Both the position numbers and the translations under genes were made by a program. Positions 59,534 to 64,000 of a DNA stretch of 64,000 nt are shown piece by piece. Source of the stretch: Antedon mediterranea (Eukaryota > Animalia > Echinodermata). The notes below the pieces were generated by a model. That model searched no databases. It was not told the DNA's origin and saw only the letters and a list, made by a program, of their open reading frames with translations. The stretch is taken from positions 19,725,045-19,789,044 of the forward strand of contig NC_092680.1 in NCBI RefSeq assembly GCF_964355755.1. Direction: 5' to 3'. How positions within the stretch are numbered: the first letter of the stretch is position 1; each line of letters starts with the position of its first letter.

Positions 59534-62500
59534 TAACTGTAAGTGGCTTAACTGTATCATATGTTCTATTCAGTATGATGTTCTTCTTAGTATAACATTC
59601 TGCATGACACTGTTGAGACAACCATTCTATTGAAAACATGTTGCGAATTACAATTCTCATTTTTATCCGAAATATGAATTAAACAGCAGTTTTGAAGAAT
59701 ACAAAAAAATGCTTAGCTACTGTTTTTAAATTTCTCTTCACTTATTTCAATATTTTATTTCTTTGTTAAAAATAAAAATGCTTTTATAGGCCTATTATTA
59801 TTATTATTATTGTTATTCTGTATAAAAAAAAATCTAAGAAAAATTTTGCTTTTGCCCAAGAGAGGCCTCAATTCCAGATTGAACCATGAAGTAACATTTG
59901 AAAATTGTGTTTTATGAAATCATATTTTTGTAATACTGTAGTGCGTTTGAAGGACCACACTATATAATAAGTTTTCCCATAAATATATCTATGGTTGACT
60001 TTCGCTTTACCTTTTTGTGTTTTTAAATCCTTAGAATTTAAATAATATTAATTTTGAATAAAATAAAAATGAAATGGGCCTGGACCACCTAAATTGAGAA
60101 AAGAAAATAAATCCCTCGCGACAAACCATATCTATTTAGATCAAGTTGTTTTTTTCTATAGAATTTTCAACTATTGAGAAGTACACAAAGGAGTGTAAAG
60201 AACCCTGTTGTGCTGACTACTGGCACTGAGTTCTTTGTGGTTGATTTTAGCCCCAAGGGTTTAATGCAATCCTGCTTTTCAATCCAATCTTTTGTGAGGT
60301 AGATGAACAATTCAAGCAGACTCCACAAATATAAAGGTCTTGTAAATACACAGACACACTGTAATAGGCTGTGTAAATGCATTAAATTAATTGGAGTTCG
60401 GATTTGTTTATATAATTATTTCGAATCGCACACAAAAGCAGCATAAGAGATTATTTTTCAACAAGGTTTTTAAGTGTTATTCTTTTTTTCAGAAAATGTT
60501 ACAATTAATAATGCTTATTAATAAAGATATATTGTTCCCCTAAACTTTTTTTCCTTTTTATTTTTTTTCCATTTGAATTTCACATAATAGTTATTCACTT
60601 TGATAAAATACTGGATCATAAAAAAATGTATTTACCTGAAAAAAATGTAATTCAAAGCAAAAAATACTTAAATTATCTGTCAGACAATGGTTTTTGGTTA
60701 AAATTAAACGTTTCTCTTGTCTTGCTATAAGTGAAATAATTTTGTGTTTGTTTTTTTACAGAAGTGAATAACTTTATTAAAACATCATCATCTCTATACA
60801 ACTCTTTGGGACACCCCTAATAACACTTTTCTATGAAACAAACAAGGGCCAGCAGTATATGTTTTTGCATTACGTTCAACCCATATTCCCCTATTTGGTC
60901 CCAAATTCTGCTACAAACTTATGCACATAGCTCTATTGCTAATCAATAGTTCATCAATTCATAATGTTCAAGCCGGAAAAATTTAAATTATAAATATTCA
61001 GGATTGATGGCTCATTAAACAGAACAAAACTGTCTTTACAGAGAAGGGTGTTTTATACAGCCAACCCTTATGATAAAACCTATAAAAAGCTATTCATTTT
61101 ACACATTAATCAAAATGTCAATAGCAACCATTTCAGGGAATATTTTCAATGCAAAAATTGGAATTTCACGAATTATTCAGGAATTTGTTTGTAAATCTAT
61201 TATTAATAACCTGATTCAAATCATTAAATGCTTTTTTTACCAATATATAATTTAAATTATTAAACTATAATGTCAAAAGTATGATATTTTTTATTTGCAT
61301 TAAATATAACTTGCTTGTATCTATAGATAGTAATTGTGTATACTAAAAACCATATAAAAATATCTCATATTATTGTACTTTTATACCGATACGATCCTGT
61401 ATTGGAATTTTTAACACACTGTTGGGTCTTGAATAAATAAATAAAATAATGCTTCAACCATGGAGCTATACATTTAAAGGTCCCTGCTACAACCATGTGT
61501 TTTTAGTAAGTTGGCCCTCACGTTGTGTGTATGCCTGTAAGCTGCTGGCTGGTGGAGGAAATTGTCCAAGGAAGACATTTGAAGTAATATAAAGTCGAGG
61601 ATTTCCTGAGAGATTTATAACAGCCTCATGTGTTTTTGTTAGTCCTCTGTGTTTTCGAAAAGCTTTGTCCCCAGATATTGAATAGTGATTGGCGTTTGAA
61701 CAAAGCCAATATTTGTAGGAAAGACACGCGTAGTTAACATTACAACTGATGTATCCATGTAATGCAATGGATTAGTATTAAAGTGATGTTGTACAGGTAC
61801 GTGTTTTTGTCTATGGATCTCGCAATACTGATCGATTGACCTTTTATAAATGTACAGTACACATTTAATTTTACTCATCTTGAGGAAAATAACCTCATTA
61901 TATCAATAAGAAAATCCTCCATAAGATGTAGCTATAGTATTACATTTTAGTGAACTTATTATGTATTTAAATCTATAAATAGACTCAGTTTGACCTTTGA
62001 TGTAGTAATGTATTTAAATCTATAAATAGAATCATTACTGTATGACCAAGTACTACTTTTCTGTTTACTTTGTTTTAGGCCAAATATATATATATATATT
62101 TCCTCGTCTTTATCGTTTCAAATTAATTAATTCAACTTCAGTATATCCCCGGTCGGTTTAGAATTCATATTCTGTGCCTGATGTTTTTATATACACAGTA
62201 CTTGTTAAGCGTCATCCCCCTCCTAATTTTGTAGTGACTCTCCAAAAAAATTTGGTTTATATCGCAACATGAATTACTAATATTCGAGTAGTACAGTATT
62301 TATATAAATCTATGAAATATTTGCTCAAAATAATGTGAGGATACTCCTTCCCCTTTTTTTGTATGAGACCCCTTCCATTACCCTACACCCCCGGCCCCTG
62401 CCCCTCCCTAACCTGGAATCAAAAAGACAGTATTAGTTTTGTGGTTGTTTGTTTGCAAAGCAATGCCCTATTTAATATTTATTAATAGGCATATTTTGAT

Positions 62501-62777
62501 TTTAAGCATCTTAAATTTATAAGATAACATGATAACCTGTCATTATTTTTCATAATATTAGTTGGATTTATTATATAAGGTATATTATGTCATGTTTCGT
62601 CAACACCATGAGAATCTTCAACTTGGGCTTTACACATATCAAATAACACGTTTCTTCAAAGGTCATCATGATGCAAAAGCAATATTATTGCAAATGAAGC
62701 TAACCTTCCCAGGAGACAATCCTCACAGCAAAAAACAACTCAAACTTGTCAAGTTATTAACCTATATATTTATACAT

Positions 62778-63490
62778 TGGATGAATAATAAGGATGATTT
62801 GAAATTGCTCCTCATCAAATAGCAACAATCAGATCAATTAACTAGGTTCCACATTGTTGTTTTGTATAAAACCTGAAGATTTGATTGGAAAAGAAGACTT
62901 ATAAGCTTATTACTTGGTATAGAAAGATACAATTTTGGCACACATGGTGCAGGGAGCAACTCCCTGCATGGTGTATCATATATTTTTAGATTGGATGAAT
63001 AAGGAAGACTTGAAATTGATCCTCATCAAATAGCAACAATCAGATCAATTAACTAGGTTCCACATTGTTGTTTTGTATAAAACCGGAAGATTTTATTAGA
63101 AAAGAAGTGTAGTCTATCTTCTAGACAGCTTTATTTATTGGTATAAAAAGATACAATTTTGGCACACATGGCGTATCATATATTCTTAGATTGAATGAAT
63201 AAAAGGATGATTTGAAATTGCTCTTTATGAAAAAGCAACAATCAGATCAATTAACTAGGTTTCACATTGTTGTTTATATAAAACCGAAAGATTTTATTAG
63301 AAAAGAAGTTTATTTATTGGTATAAAAAGATAACATTTTAGCACACATGGCATATCATATATTTTGATGAATAAATAAGGATGACTTGAAATTGCTCCTC
63401 ATCAAATAACAACAATCCGATCAATTAACTAGGTTCCACATTGTTGTTTTGTATAAAACCTGAAGATTTGATTAGAAAAGAAGACTTATA
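62778..63490. repeat. ~170-215-bp degenerate tandem repeat, ~3.6 copies
   Basis: GATGAATAA..GGATGA.TTGAAATTGCTCCTCATCAAATAGCAACAATCAGATCAATTAACTAGGTTCCACATTG recurs at ~62780, 62993, 63193 and 63366. Confidence 0.9.
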
Positions 63491-64000
63491 AGAGGAATAT
63501 CTAGCCTAGTTCAACATTAAAAAAAAGCTAATTTCGACCCTCTAGGTGACCTACTTTCAGAAATACTTACTAATGATATGAAGTAAGTACCGTACTATAG
63601 ATAAATCGTTTGTACATCAATTCATTATTTATTTCTAGAAATAGAAGTGACATAATATGTCACTACTTGTATAGATGAACATGTGGATATAAATAGAAAT
63701 TGGATTCAAGAATTGAGACAATATCAAGCAACCAATACCAATGTCTATTTATATCTTTTTTCTCCAAGGATGTATGTTGTAAACAGATAAAAATATTTTA
63801 TAAAACATTTTTTATAAATATTATGAAAATAGTGTTATTGCAAGCAAAATTTGTTTGTTATGTTCTTCCATGGAAGATTCATTAGGCATGGTGTAAAAAA
63901 CAGAGATTGCAACTGTTTCTTACTTGTTTTTTAAATATCAATATAAATAAATAACATAAATTAATAATTGATGCAATGGTGTGTGAATAATTTACTTCTT

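Noticed and set aside
58124-59595. Mirror-image ORF pairs
   Set aside because: Arise from the two arms of the foldback element; no transposase motifs.

Overview
AT-rich, intron-containing animal genomic DNA, most likely a marine invertebrate deuterostome such as an echinoderm (inferred from gene structure and repeat types; not provable here). From left to right: the 3' part of an apparently young CR1-group LINE (1-1683), inserted into the first of four tandem single-exon class A GPCR genes on the - strand (1654-8430); 20 + strand exons encoding the C-terminal ~781 aa of COG1 (9392-27365). The missing N-terminal COG1 exons must lie upstream, so the GPCR array and the LINE sit inside a COG1 intron. 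A 3-kb, 22-bp minisatellite in a COG1 intron explains the three ~1000-aa ORFs. What looks like a decayed multi-exon antisense gene is interleaved with the last COG1 exons. A ~23-kb gene-free stretch follows, then a complete two-exon MEX3 gene (2 KH + RING, 50303-52080) with a recognisable promoter and long AU-rich 3' region. Many non-autonomous transposons are present: Harbinger-type and Tc1/mariner-type MITEs, Helitrons (one with a paralogous empty site), Deu/Nin-domain SINEs and a 1.3-kb foldback element. All protein and family assignments come from motif recognition and recall; no database search was run.
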